A stretch of 64,000 nucleotides of DNA from Penicillus capitatus (Eukaryota > Plantae > Chlorophyta). This document shows, one piece after another, positions 12,848-25,247 of this stretch (positions are counted from its first letter, which is position 1; the number at the start of each line of letters is the position of its first letter). A program made the translations under genes and the position numbers. Below the pieces are notes generated by a model that was given only the letters and a program-made list of their open reading frames with translations, was not told the origin of the DNA and did no database searches. The stretch covers positions 744,001-808,000 of the forward strand of contig OZ287699.1 of NCBI GenBank assembly GCA_965649825.1, read 5' to 3'.

Positions 12848-13863
12848 CTAGACACGGACTGCGTCCAAGAGTCTCGAAAAATAGAAATTTGTGGCCGTCA
12901 TTTCGCGTTGGACAACTGTGAAACCTTCTTTGTTCAAAGCTGCCTCCACATCTGCTTCTGCATGGAGGTATGCTCGAGTCGCTTTCGATGGTCCGGGAAA
13001 GAACTCACCTACAGACAGACAGACAGACAGACAGACCATCCTATCTCGAATCCCTCTCGATCTCTATCTATCACAACCAAGTATACCTATGCGTTTAAGA
13101 AGCAAGTAATAAGTTGTCTTTGGCGCAAAACTGATGATGAGACGCTGTTTGGAAAGAGATGCCAAATGGGACACCATCTCATCGACCTTTTCTTGAGGAT
13201 AATGAATCATGACATCTAAGCAGGTGACGGTATCGTACTGTCCCGACAGAGATTCGAGATCTCTTGTTTCGAATTTGGCAGACGGAGAGATATCTGTCCC
13301 TTTCGACACCGCCTCGAATCTCATCTGCGCCTCCTGGACCATTGCATCTGAAATATCTGTAGCTGTCACATCAGCTCCGAGCAAAGATAAGGGGATGGCC
13401 AAACTGCCCGTGCCGCATCCTGCGTCGCACACGGAGGTCCCTTCAACACCTGAGGGCGACGATCATTTGCTGTGTATAAAAGACAGAGGCGATTGCTTTT
13501 CTGTGTGATCCATTTTAGCGTTTTTTCGATGGTCGTGGCATGTCCGCCGCGAATGTCTTTCTGCACTTTGTTGACATCTTCGGTCGTACCATAGATCCGT
13601 CTCCATCGATCAAATCCTTCACCGTTGAAATACTCCCGGACGGAATCTTTCTCATCGCCACCGCTCTGTTCCAGCATGATGTCTCGCCGCTTCTGTGGGT
13701 CTGAGACGACGTAAACAGCTGACAGACCAACGAGCGCTACGCCACATCCGACCGCCAGTGGTACAACCTCGATCGCCGATTCGACCGCTCGCGATCGGAA
13801 CGGTCGGCGCACTCTCTCTTGTGGTGGACACGATCGCGTCGCGCTAGAGATCGATCGATGCAT
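12848..13863 (-). CDS. CHLM: Magnesium-protoporphyrin IX O-methyltransferase (plastid-targeted)
   Basis: Transit peptide, then VREYFNGEGFDRWRRIYG, SAM motif CDAGCGTGSL, TVTCLDVMIHYP and C-terminal FPGPSKATRAYLHAEADVE...FYFSRLL. Two introns. Confidence 0.97.
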
Positions 13864-13885
13864 CGCGATGGAATGATGCGATTCG

Positions 13886-14547
13886 ATGGACAGAGAAGAG
13901 ATTTTGCGATTCATGCGACTGGCAATCGATGAAGCCGAAGAAGCACGGCGCATGAACGAAGTCCCAGTTGGCTGCGTCATTGTACGCGATCACACGGTTA
14001 TTGCCAAAGGTCTTCTGCAGCCCGATGCGTATTCCCGTGTCCAAGCGGATCGTCACAGGCTCCAACCGAACAAACGTGACACGTAACGCCACACGTCATG
14101 CAGAAATGGAAGCCATCGATGCTCTTTCCGAAACAATGACGGAAGTCGATTTATCCGACTGTACACTGTTTGTGACCTGTGAGCCGTGTATCATGTGTGC
14201 TTCGGCCCTCTCACTCGTCAAAATCGGTTGGATCGTCACTGCTCTGTTCTCATCGAGCAGATGTTTGTTCAGTCAGGGAGGGTGTACTACGGATGCTCAA
14301 ATGAAAGATTTGGTGGGTGTGGGTCAGTATTGGATGTCCATTCGAGTGGTATTCGCGGCGCTTGTAGTACCCTTCTCGGTGAGAAACATTTTCATAAATC
14401 TAATGGCTGTCTGAATGAGCAGGGAGCTCATTTCCTTGTGACGGTGGTTACATGAAAGAGGAGTCCATCGCCTTGCTGCAGCAATTCTATACCCAAGGAA
14501 ATCCGAGAGCACCTCGGCCAGCACGCCCTGTGGTTTCATCCGAGTGA
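13886..14547 (+). CDS. TAD2: tRNA-specific adenosine deaminase (ADAT2/TAD2)
   Basis: FMRLAIDEA...[48 protein letters not shown] and [10 protein letters not shown] across spliced exons. Confidence 0.95.
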
Positions 14548-14699
14548 ACACGTGAAATCAATCAATGAGTGAATGAATGATTGCATGCATGCATGTACAT
14601 ACGAGAGACAAATTTCTGCGATCGAAAAACCGATATTAAAAGACATCGATACAACATGGGTTTTCTTGTGCGATCTTCATGGAATGAAGGTCCATTACG

Positions 14700-15650
14700 A
14701 AAGAGGTGCGCGGAAAGAGAGCAGAGATTAAAAGAATATAAAAACTAAGCTCGCTTCGGTGTGCCCAGACTTGGATAAGAACCTCTCCCTTTCTCTCAAG
14801 CATCATGTCTTGAGTGAAATCTTGCTTGCTATACAGTAACTTCATTCGCCAGTAATCCTAGCATCAGATCTCAATGAGTGTCTAGTCATGTGTGTGATAT
14901 GTATGGTAGTATGCTATGCACAGAAACGCATCAGAAAAGAGTCCAACAATCCCAGCCAGCCATTTCCCTCTTGCGGACCAACACATGAAATGGAAGAGAA
15001 TAAAAAAATACAGTGAAATCGGCAACGACGCAGAGATGGGATAAAAGAACGAAGATAAATCCCAGTTATAAGAGATGAACCACGTGGGATATCAAATAAG
15101 ACTTTATGGTGTTTACATGGAGAGGACAAAGGCACTGGTTGGTCAATGGTTTCTGAGGCGTTCAGACGAGAGCTCCTCGGCCACCCGTCAAAAAATAGAA
15201 ACATAAATGCGGAGAACGCACCCGTTCATCATCTACCTTTCAGCTACGCACCAATGTCACAAGTCCTTTCTCTTTAAAGAAAGACAGAAAACAGCTGATA
15301 GAAATAGACATCATGCCTAGGTTTGGATTTGTTTGTCTGAATAGGTGGCTCGGCCAGTATCTCCTGACAAAGGTGATAAGACTGTCAACGACAGTCCTAG
15401 TTCGAAGAAGGGGACGAAGGAAGGGTAGGGAAGTGGATTGACATGCACAATAACATAACATCTGAAGGAGAACTGATCGATCATACATCTTTTTCATCAT
15501 GGAGGGTGAACAAACTACGACAATGTAGGTCAACACTAGATATCACAGGCCCATACCATGACCGCCAGCCGCCAAACACCGAACAGAAAAGATGGAGGCT
15601 TCTTAGACTTGTAACTCGAACTTGCTGATATGATGATTGCAACTGAAAAG
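14700..15650 (+). mobile_element. Possible heavily decayed 3' part of a LINE
   Basis: AT-rich and stop-riddled. Fragments QLIEIDIMPRFGFVCLNRWL and GELIDHTSFSSWRVNKLRQ resemble LINE ORF2 C-terminal motifs (QLRTGH..LN.YL; ETIDH.LF.C..Y..LR). Weak. Confidence 0.3.
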
Positions 15651-16150
15651 ATAGCCTAGTCCCCCAAAAACAATGCGTCAAAACTCGAGATGCAATGGTC
15701 ATGCGGTTATCAGCCAGAGATCTTGGGATTATGGCTCAGATCTGAGACGATGGAATGTCTTGCACTTCGAGATCGTCCAGATACGCAGCCAGTTTGTGTC
15801 TCGTCTGATCAACGATAGCTTGCTTGCGCGAGGTGGTCATGTGGCAGTCCGCAAGGGACTGATGCAGGCCAATGTCATCTCTCAGTTTCTGCAGCGACTA
15901 AACAAAGCACAGAACACCGAATGAGATCAATCAGATCAGGTTAGATGAGATCAATCAGATCATCTGTCTATGGACGAACCTCGGAAACCGACGATTTGAC
16001 AACCTTCCAGAAAAGATCCATGCTTGTTCTTAGAGGGCTGCCAAATTTCGATTCCTTGTCGAATCCAACCTGTCCAGAATCAGCCATATCAATGAAAGAT
16101 GCCTCCTGCAACGAACAAGATAGCGATGATGTCCCCGTACAGATCCTATT

Positions 16151-19100
16151 CTATGGAAAAACCTTCTCTAAAGAAGCGAGTTCGGTCAACGATCCAATGG
16201 AGGCCGCCATCGGTCTTGTATAGTAATAGTGTGCAAGATCTGATGCTTCTACATTCAGAAGAGTGATCAATGGGATTCTGTGGGGAGGCGTCTGTATGTC
16301 TGCTTTACCTGATCCGGATGAGTAAAGTGGATTCTTGTTCATTCGTCCTCCTGCTTGGGCAATGGGCGTGTCGGGTCGATCTTCGACGAGGCATTCGAAT
16401 CTCATAGTTTCTTCGCCATCTTCACTATCACTTAGTTGCGCCATAGGTTCTTCTTCGCCATAGTGTCCATTCCAGTGAATATTCCTTGGTCCGATCTCGA
16501 ATGGGGATATCACAGGATTCAAGGAATCAACACTGATAGGACGGCGGCACTCTGCGAACATCTTTGTTGTGTGCTCTTCGGAATTGGGACGGGAATAGAC
16601 TGTCTTATCGTCACTCTGTGCACTGCAAGGCGTGCGCGAAGCAATGCGATGGATGTTGGGTCCAATGGGACCATTGCCATGGCACGGACTCCTGAGAAGA
16701 CAGAACTGATCTTCGTTTCCATCTCCTCCTCGCATCTGAGCCAACATTGCTTCGTGATCGAAGCAGCTCACGGGTTGGGCACTGAATGGTGTGCTGGTTC
16801 TGGAATCCGAGGCACAGGAGACTGAGGATGGAGGCTCTGGACCCGTCGGTCGGCAGAATCCCCTTTCGGAGGAATTGCAAGAAGGACGTCGGTATGCGGA
16901 TTCGGATCTCTCATCAAGATGGTGCGCCAAACTGGAGCAAGGATTGAATCCAAAGATTGGGGATTCCTGGAAAGCGTCCCTGAAAAAGTTTCCTGATCTC
17001 ATAGAGTCAACAGGGTGATTGAAACGATCATTCTCAAAGTGAAGGCCTCTGCGTGAAAATCCGGGCGCTGCAGTGAAATGGTTCATCGGAATGCTCTCTA
17101 AGTCATTGAAGCGTGCGTCGAACTGCGTATGGCTTCTGTTTATTTGCAGCGGCAATGGAAGAGATTCGTCATCCGTGTCCGAGATGCTTCCAAGGTCGAG
17201 TCTCGGAGGTCGGCTGTAGATCGAAGGACTGGTGGATTCGAATCCGTCCATCAAACCGATATCACTCATCTGATCTGCTTTGCTCATCCAAGAAGGCAAC
17301 TGAGGAGGCTTCTTGATAGGCATCGTGATCGGTTGCGAAGACTGAGCCACTGGGCTAACCATTGGCAAGCCAATTCCAGACATCCTTGAACCGGGTCGAC
17401 TCTGAACTGGATTGTCTCTTTCGGAGAACAAGGAGTGCTCAAAGGAAGATATTCTTTCCGTGAGATTGTGTCTGCTGTCCTTCTCATCAACAAGACAGCC
17501 GTACACACTCTCAGCTTTAGAAGCACGTTCCTTTTCTCTCTGAATCCGATAGAAAAGTTCATTTGCATATCCAGCTTCCGTCTGGGTTTCCGCCATCCTT
17601 AATGGAAGTTCTCTGCATCGATCACAGAGATCCTTATGTAATTCCCAGATCACCATCACTCCATTATCACCCGTCGTTACCTACGGAGCAAGCCATTAGT
17701 CGAGATTATTGGAGGGGATAGGAGAGGTTGGTTTATGTACCAGGTTTCTGCCATGGTTGATGAGTAAGGCCCCTGTCAGATTTGAGTGGCCATCGCCCAC
17801 AGCCAATAGCTTCCCGGTGAAGTATTCAAAAACGCCGATCTTATTATTTGAATGGCACGTTATGATCATGGAAGGAATGGTTCCCTGTAGTATCTTCTTC
17901 GGAGCACCTGACAAACGAACCGTTCGGCAAGAGACGAAGGACCAAGTTAGGGACAGACCGAGATCTTCAGGAACTTGGATGGCGTGGACGAATTGGCCCG
18001 CCAGATTAAAAACCCGAATGAAATTGTCGCTGCAAGCAAGCATATAAGTCTGACGATCTGCATTAAAATGCATCGCCTGCAAACAGATTTCGCACAACGC
18101 TGCAGGAATCGTCCATCGTCTGTGGCATACCTCGAAAGTAGAAGTCATCAGGAAGTGTCTCGAGAGAAACAGCTCCACATCTTCTTCATCATAGACGTCG
18201 TGTTCTGGGGACTCAAGAGATTCATAGTATAGATAGTTATCTCTACCGCACGACACCACAGCTTGACCCTCTACACCAAGGCCAATAAGAATGACATCGT
18301 GGATGGAAGGCATGAAATTGCCTGGAGAGAATGATAGGCCAGTGACGGCTTCATCATGATCCTCTTTTTCTAGCTTGATCTTGAAATCGTTGTGAGCTTC
18401 CATGACACTGACAGATCCGTCCTGGGCTCCAGTAGCTAGAAGAATCTCTCCGTGATTTCCAGGCAAAGAAAACTCAATGGTAGTTATGGGAGCAGAGTGC
18501 AGAGCCTTCTTGGACATCATCTTCATCGTCGGTAGATGATAAATCCTTAACTCGCCCTTATCATCACCAACGACTAAATGCAAACCGTCCGGACTTGTTC
18601 GAATGCAGGTCAGATGGGCATCATCCAAGGGGACCTGCACAAAACAGTACCGATGAGGGTGGCCGACATGATGGATGTCGATTACTGAGCGCAATGGTTC
18701 GGTGTCGACAGTTGCACTCTTCGATGGTCCTGCTTTTTGAATGGCAACGACGGGGGCACTGAGCACCATACTGCTGGATAGATCGCTGCTCATTCGGATT
18801 GGGCCCGGTGTCCTAACAGTTCGTTTCCCCTTCAGTTGAGAAGCGCCGCTTGAATTCTTGTTCGAATCTAAGCTCGCTCTCGCCTTCGCAGTCGACTTCA
18901 TTCCAGATGTCTTCTTCTTGGGCACCGCCTTCTTAGAAGACGACATCAGGGGAGACGTCGCTGGCGTTTTCTTTGCCGGCATGCTCTTTGGTTTCGGTGC
19001 AGTTTTCAGTGCTGCCTTTGTCTTCGCGGTCCGTTTGGGTTCTTTCGTCGATTTAGTAGCACTGGAAACTGTTTTCGTTCGCCTCTCTCCCGATCGCATT

Positions 19101-20932
19101 TTTTGGACAGCCGGGGGATTCACATCGATCGTCTAAACAGCAATTCCTGGATGGATGGAGGCACATAGATAGATAGACATTCTTGCCTTGACTACAACTT
19201 CGACATGTGGATTGACGGAAGGACCTGTGATCGATATTCCAATAATCAAGAACAGTAGATTAGGGAGAATGGTGTTACCAGGTCTGTGACTTGCAGGCGA
19301 GATGAGAACATGTTGTCGAGAATGCGACGTCTGCATCTTCAAGTTCCACAGACTGATGGTCCCTTTATCAGAACATGTTGCGAACTCGGCTTCTACAGCC
19401 TGAGGATTGTGAATGTGTGGCGATCTCATAGATTTCACAATGTTCCGATCGACGGACTTGAGATCGTTCGACGGCGAGGAAAGGGAAAAAATGTCAGTTA
19501 TACATCCCGAAGGAGACTGCATCATGTGGTCGCAACGATTCTAGAGACAACAAACACAGTTGCACATGACAACCGAGAAGAGCAGAATTCTCAACGCACT
19601 TCAGACAAATCTGAAGAATCCCAGAAGCAGACGGAGTTATCCGCATAAACAGTGGCCAAGCTCGAGCCTAGCTGATCAAACACGCAGTACAAAGCATCCG
19701 ATGAAACTTCTGCAAGGACAGAGATGTCTGGTATAGGGGCATCGAGACAGAGTGTCTTACTTGCAGATGAAGAGGAGTCTGAATCGATAATTGGTTTTGT
19801 GATGGTTGCTTCTACAGAGAGATTCTTCGTACGGATAATCTTAACAATTCCATTAGCACACGAGATAGCGAGTTTATTGACTCCCACTGCCAGGCTGGAC
19901 GCATTGCTCACCTAGAAAGGCATACATGGATCAGAAGTGTCTATATGTCGATGGAGAGATGCACGGACTCGTAGATCTTTTTTTTCGATGTTCAACCCCC
20001 CTTTGTGCTGACGTAGTTTGTACAATACTCCATTTCTAGTGACAGCAAAAATAAAAGAAGACTTCCCCGCATGACTGGCCTGAACACCACAAGGGAGAGT
20101 TAGTTCGCGCCGCCAGATCAGACAGATGCACGACCACCTTCACATCCACCACCTCCACTCCTTTCTCAGAGCTTGGCAAAGCATCTTTCGACGTCAGAGA
20201 GATTCCTGACGTACTCTGACCGCCAACCCTCCCTGTTTTTTGAGTGATGCTCCACATCTGTATCGAACAAAGGATGATGAGAAAGGGCGTCGTCGAGTGC
20301 GTAGAGGCGGCTGCACTGTGAAATGCGATTTCCCCGATGTGAACAATGTTTTGCTATCCGAAGAAAAAGAAAGAGAGGTCAAGTTTGCTTGAATGTGTAT
20401 GAGTTGCGAGCACAGAGCGGTTTCCATTCGACAATCCCACAGAATCAACTGAGAGTCTTGTGTATTGCCAACCGTCGCTAGGTAGTTACCTACACATACA
20501 CCACACCCTTCGATAACATCGACAGCTGAGCTCATGAGACGCACCATTCGGCGAGAATTCGATAGCCGTGATGGTATCTTTGTGCCCTTTCAGTTCAAAT
20601 GGTCGCATGAGCGGGAACTGATCCAGCAACCAGACGACGACAGATGGATCTTGTCCTTCTTCACCAGCTGCCAAGAGGTTAGCCTCTTCGGAGATCGCGA
20701 GGCAGGAAAACGGTCTTTTCCTGCTATCCAGCGAGAGATGCTGCACTTGACAGTTTGTTCGAAGGTCGAAGAGCGTAACGAAGCAGCCAACGAGGTACGC
20801 CACCATGCCATCCCCGACGAAGATGAGTGGCGTACTGCGGCTATCTTTGTTGAACCCAATTACATGGTTCACACCGAGCGTCTGGACCTGAAACACACGG
20901 TCCTGGTCAGGGATGTCATGTTTTGTCTGCAT
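16151..20932 (-). CDS. WD40-repeat protein, MAPKBP1/WDR62-like, with long disordered C-terminus
   Basis: N-terminus LGVNHVIGFN...VAYLVGCFVTLFD...FSCLAIS..LLAAGEEG.DPSVVVW...LKGHKDTITAIEFSPNG. Further WD repeats (LATVYADNSVCFWD, LVVGDDKGELRIYHL, LATGAQDGSVSV). Ser/Pro-rich last exon 17659-16151. Confidence 0.85.
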
Positions 20933-21491
20933 AAGGTAGAAACGAAAAGCGAAAAAAATTACAAAAGACGACGCGGCGGAACCGAAAGGCTGCTGCGGTA
21001 ACGCATATATGGATTCTTACGTCAACGCGATAGGATTCGAGGTCGTCGTTGCTGAACAATGACCGGCTGCTCTTCATGGTCATAAACTCAAAGGTCGCGA
21101 TAAAAGATAGGCGAAACTCGGCGGACAAGGCGTAACCGTTTCAAGTTCTTCGCGGGTCGACTGATAGAATGCAGTGTTAGTACGCCAAACGCGGCACGTG
21201 CTTTTTCCTCCGCCCCGCCAAAAAACAAAATGTCCAATCCAAACTGAGAACGCAACCGCGAAGACAGAAGAATAAACGAAGGACACGTTATGTGATGAAG
21301 GCCTAACGGTCGCCAGAACGCCACGTCCTACTGGGTACATCAGAGCCAGAGATTGCAGCTGACTCGATGGCGCGCTCGACGGTTAAAACTACGCTCGCAT
21401 CTACGCGTCCCAACGGATTGTGTTTTCGATGCTTTTTCACCTGAGGCTCTAGGTGCGAACTCACGGCTTGTCGACGTTGATTTCTAGAACC

Positions 21492-21939
21492 ATGTTCAAG
21501 AGGTTGGACCTACACAAAGCACGATGATGCAGAAGAGAAGGGAGAAGGACAGATGGGGGGTGGTGGACCTACCTCCTCATGTGCAGTGTTTATCGACTCA
21601 GTCTCGCTGTCTGTACAGGAGAAGTTCCAAAACGAACCGGTATCACTGTTATATGATGTTACTCTATTGGATAATTGTGCCCTATATGGCAACGTCATGC
21701 AGAGAATGGGCTCAGCCGAGCTTGAAAAGGGTCGGGTTGCTGGTTGGAAAACTTGGAGTCAAAAAATTACGGGCCGACTATCAGACGATGTTCCGTCACG
21801 TGCAACAGCCGACACTCAGGAGGGTAAAGCGGAATTCGTGAAACGAGGTCTCGGTAAGATGTCAGAAATGCGTCACAGTAAAAGTACAGGCCACGAAACG
21901 AATTCTAGATCCACAGATATACACAGAACAGCTAAATGA
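21492..21939 (+). CDS. Small hypothetical protein
   Basis: 128-aa ORF 21553-21939 with protein-like composition and a plausible short upstream exon; no domain recognised. Confidence 0.35.
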
Positions 21940-22356
21940 ACTCTTTTCGTTGGTAGACAAGAGATTTCTCCAAAGGTTAGAAGGAACTCGTTTAATGAAA
22001 TAGCGGACGCAGAAAAGCAGCGATTCTGAAGAGACGCTCTTCAAATTGATTGGTCAGAAATACGCGAGCATGATGACACTGTCATGGCCGACAGTGCTAC
22101 ACGACATTCGCCGTGTACACCGTTTTCCTTCCACATCATTTCCAGATCTTCTGGATCTAGTGAATCTTGTGGCCAGCGCGGAGGATCTTTGACATGTGAT
22201 CGACACGTGCCTCTCGATCATCTATCTGTACAGAGACAAAGTTTGTACGTTCGCCAAGTCCTGTCGGTACGGCATCCTTTCATTTGCGCCGATTCCGGTT
22301 CTTCTTAGTCGAATCGTTTGCTCGTCGCCCAAACACCAAAGCAACGAAACGTCACC

Positions 22357-22917
22357 ATGTCTAAGGAGTGGGCAAGCGGCCTGTTCTCGTGTCTCGAAGA
22401 TTGTCAAACATGTAAGTGAAGGGCATGTCGCGAAAACACACGCGGCGTCCCGCCGTTCGAGATCGCGCCACGCCTTTCGCCGCCACGAGTCCGGTTAAGT
22501 CAACCCTTCTGTTCGCAGGCTGTTATGGTCTTCTCTGTCCGTGTTGTTTGTTTGGAGCTAACGTCGAAGGTCTGTTTCTCGCTGTTGGGGCATCCTAACA
22601 ACCGTTTGTCTACAGAGCTTCATGGGAACAGGAACTGTTGCTCAGAATGTTGCTGGTGCGTTTTCTGTACCGCTGTGGGATGTGGCTGCTGTTATGGAGC
22701 CAGAATGCGCAAGGAAGTTCGAGATAAATATGATTTGCGCGAATCTCCCACATCCGATTGTTGTGCCTATCTCTGGTGTGGAATATGCGCCGTCTGCCAA
22801 GAAGCGAGAGAGATTAAGCGCCAGAAGACAATGCCACCCGTGACAGGTGACACCGGATCCTACCAACCACCTGTCGGCGCAAGAGAACCTCAATCCTACC
22901 CAGCCCCCGTTGTCTAA
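22357..22917 (+). CDS. PLAC8-family Cys-rich protein (PCR/CNR-like)
   Basis: MSKEWASGLFSCLED...CYGLLCPCCLFGANVE...RKEVRDKYDLRESPTSDCCAYLWCGICAVCQEAREIK. Confidence 0.92.
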
Positions 22918-23187
22918 GCCATACATTACACAATAAACTGAAGGGACAGGACAGATCCAAACAATGGCTCATGAAAGATAAATGAAAAATTTCGTTTCTC
23001 GCAACCCATTCAGTATGCATCGTTTTTATGGATTCCTGCTCGAGAACGCACTCATCGAATGGACCCACAATGACACCGATTGCTTTTCGGTTCAATTGTC
23101 GTTGCATGACGAGACAATCAATCATTCACTATCTGTGTTGAGATTGCATGTAAATAATCGATTCGGTCCAGTCACAGATAGAGACCA

Positions 23188-23911
23188 ATGAAGAAGACAT
23201 GGTTATCGTGGAGCAGTGGGAAAGATTCGACATGGGCTCTCCAGACACTGAGACAGCGTCACGATATCGACCTCGTCGGTCTCTTCACGACTGTCAACGA
23301 GGCGGCGCAAAGAGTCGCGATGCATGCGGTTCGACTCGAGTTACTCAAAGCACAGGCTCAGATGCTCGATCTGCCACTGCACGTTATCTATATTCCATAT
23401 CCCTGTACAAACGACGCATATGAAGAACGTATGCAAGCATTTGTGGAGGAGGTTCGACAGGATGGCGTCCAATGTGTCGCATTTGGTGATCTGTTTCTCG
23501 AAGACATACGCCGTTACCGTGAGGAAAAGATGAAGGATACAGGCATCGACACCATCTTCCCGATCTGGGGTTTGGACACGAAACAACTTGCACGAGAGAT
23601 GGTCCGTCTATCGTCCGAATCGCCGTCGATCTTAGGATTCGTTCAAAGCGTAGGTGCGTTCGGGTGTAAAGGCGAAGTTGACATGCGTCGATCCAAAGCA
23701 GCTAGATCGACGTTTTGTGGGAAGAGAATTCGATGAGGCGTTGCTGGATGAACTGCCAGATGGTGTGGATCCGTGTGGAGAGAACGGAGAGTTTCATACT
23801 TTTGTTTACTCGGCGCCAGTCTTTCGGCGTTCTCTGGACATCCAGGTCGGCGAAGTGGTGGAAAGAGAGGGATTCGTTTTTGCAGACGTCACTTGGAAGG
23901 ATGAGGCATAG
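23188..23911 (+). CDS. PP-loop adenine nucleotide alpha-hydrolase (Dph6/MJ0570-related, bacterial-type)
   Basis: WLSWSSGKDS (PP-loop), RVAMHAVRLELL, AFGDLFLEDIRRYRE, VDPCGENGEFHTFV. Single 52-nt GT-AG intron at 23602-23653. Confidence 0.92.
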
Positions 23912-25247
23912 ATCACACAGCACCCTGTGTCCAACGATCTGTTGACGAGTCTGTCTCGAGACATTCGATTCGGCAGCGTTTCTACCGGGACTCTTCAAAA
24001 CGACTGAGGCAACGGCATCGACGACTTGATGTTCGTGACACGCACTTCTTCGAGTGACGCCTTGTCGGGTGACATAGACATACGGCAGCTGTTTGGCCGT
24101 GAGAAGTGCGCGCCTTCGTTTCGCATTCCGAGACAGTCCGGAGTTCATAGACGATTTCATATGCGACACGTGGCGGAACGGCGACCGTTCGCTTTTCTCA
24201 TTATCGTTTTAGATGATGATCAACATTCCATGCCGACGCGTCGAAGTACAGACAGACGCCTTGGATCACATACACTCGACATGGACCATCAAACATGATC
24301 GACACAGAGACTTGTACAGAAGTGATACTCGATAGTGCCCCAAAGAGCATCAAAGCATCCATACAGCACGTGCTCTACAGGGGATATCGTAAATGTGAAT
24401 GTGTCTCTCGCTTATGAAGGCCTTCCTTTTAGCCATGCACTTTAGCCAACTGTTACACACTGGCAAAATGACGTGCTTAGGTAGGATTTGAAGAATGGAG
24501 GTGCATCCAAGCCTCTCTAATTTCGATCTCCGACATGTTCGGTGATTCCCCAGACGTGCGGGTCGTTCTTAGCTGGCAGGGATCGCTGTTGACTGGTCTG
24601 CTCTTTTGAGTCTTTTACCTATCGCTGTCATGCGATCGAACGGATATGTAGACATAACAATACTATGCGAGGAAAGAGGAGACAATGAAGACCGACAACA
24701 CTTCTCTCGACATAATGTGTCCTGTCCGGCCACCTCCAAATTGGAGGAGTGGGCCTTATGAAACAACTCTGAAGAATCGGAGAAATCTCGCAAGAACAAA
24801 TGCTAACCGTTTCTTTACCTGATCCATTGGATGCTGCTGACACGATCTTGCATGTAAGAGAGCATCAACCCTAAAACTCTCCAACGACCATTAATCGCTG
24901 CATTCGTTTTGGCGTACAAGAAGACATGCAAGTGACACCGTCTATCTCGCGAATGAGCGGAACAGAGACGGCGCAGAGACACGTAGGCACGAAGGGGACA
25001 ATCGCTGAAACGACCTATGCGGTCTGCCGCTCATACCGTCTCGTTCACAACCGTTTCGTACATTCTTCAGCTGGGTGCGTGCTTTTGTCTGTGCCGACTG
25101 CATAAGTGAACTAACTCCAAGAGTGGAATCAACGACAGTGCTACAGTGCTTCTGACAGTGTTTCGGTCCGCGTGCTGAACATTCAGCTGAACCTTACATC
25201 CATCGAGTGAACTCACTATGTGTGAGCCGAGCCACAACACAGTACCG

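Noticed and set aside
13014-13033. (AGAC)n run in a CHLM intron and the resulting QTDRQTD ORF
   Set aside because: Ordinary intronic microsatellite.
23930-24900. Possible minus-strand gene between the PP-loop ATPase and the G3BP-like gene
   Set aside because: No consistent spliced frame or domain could be assembled by eye.
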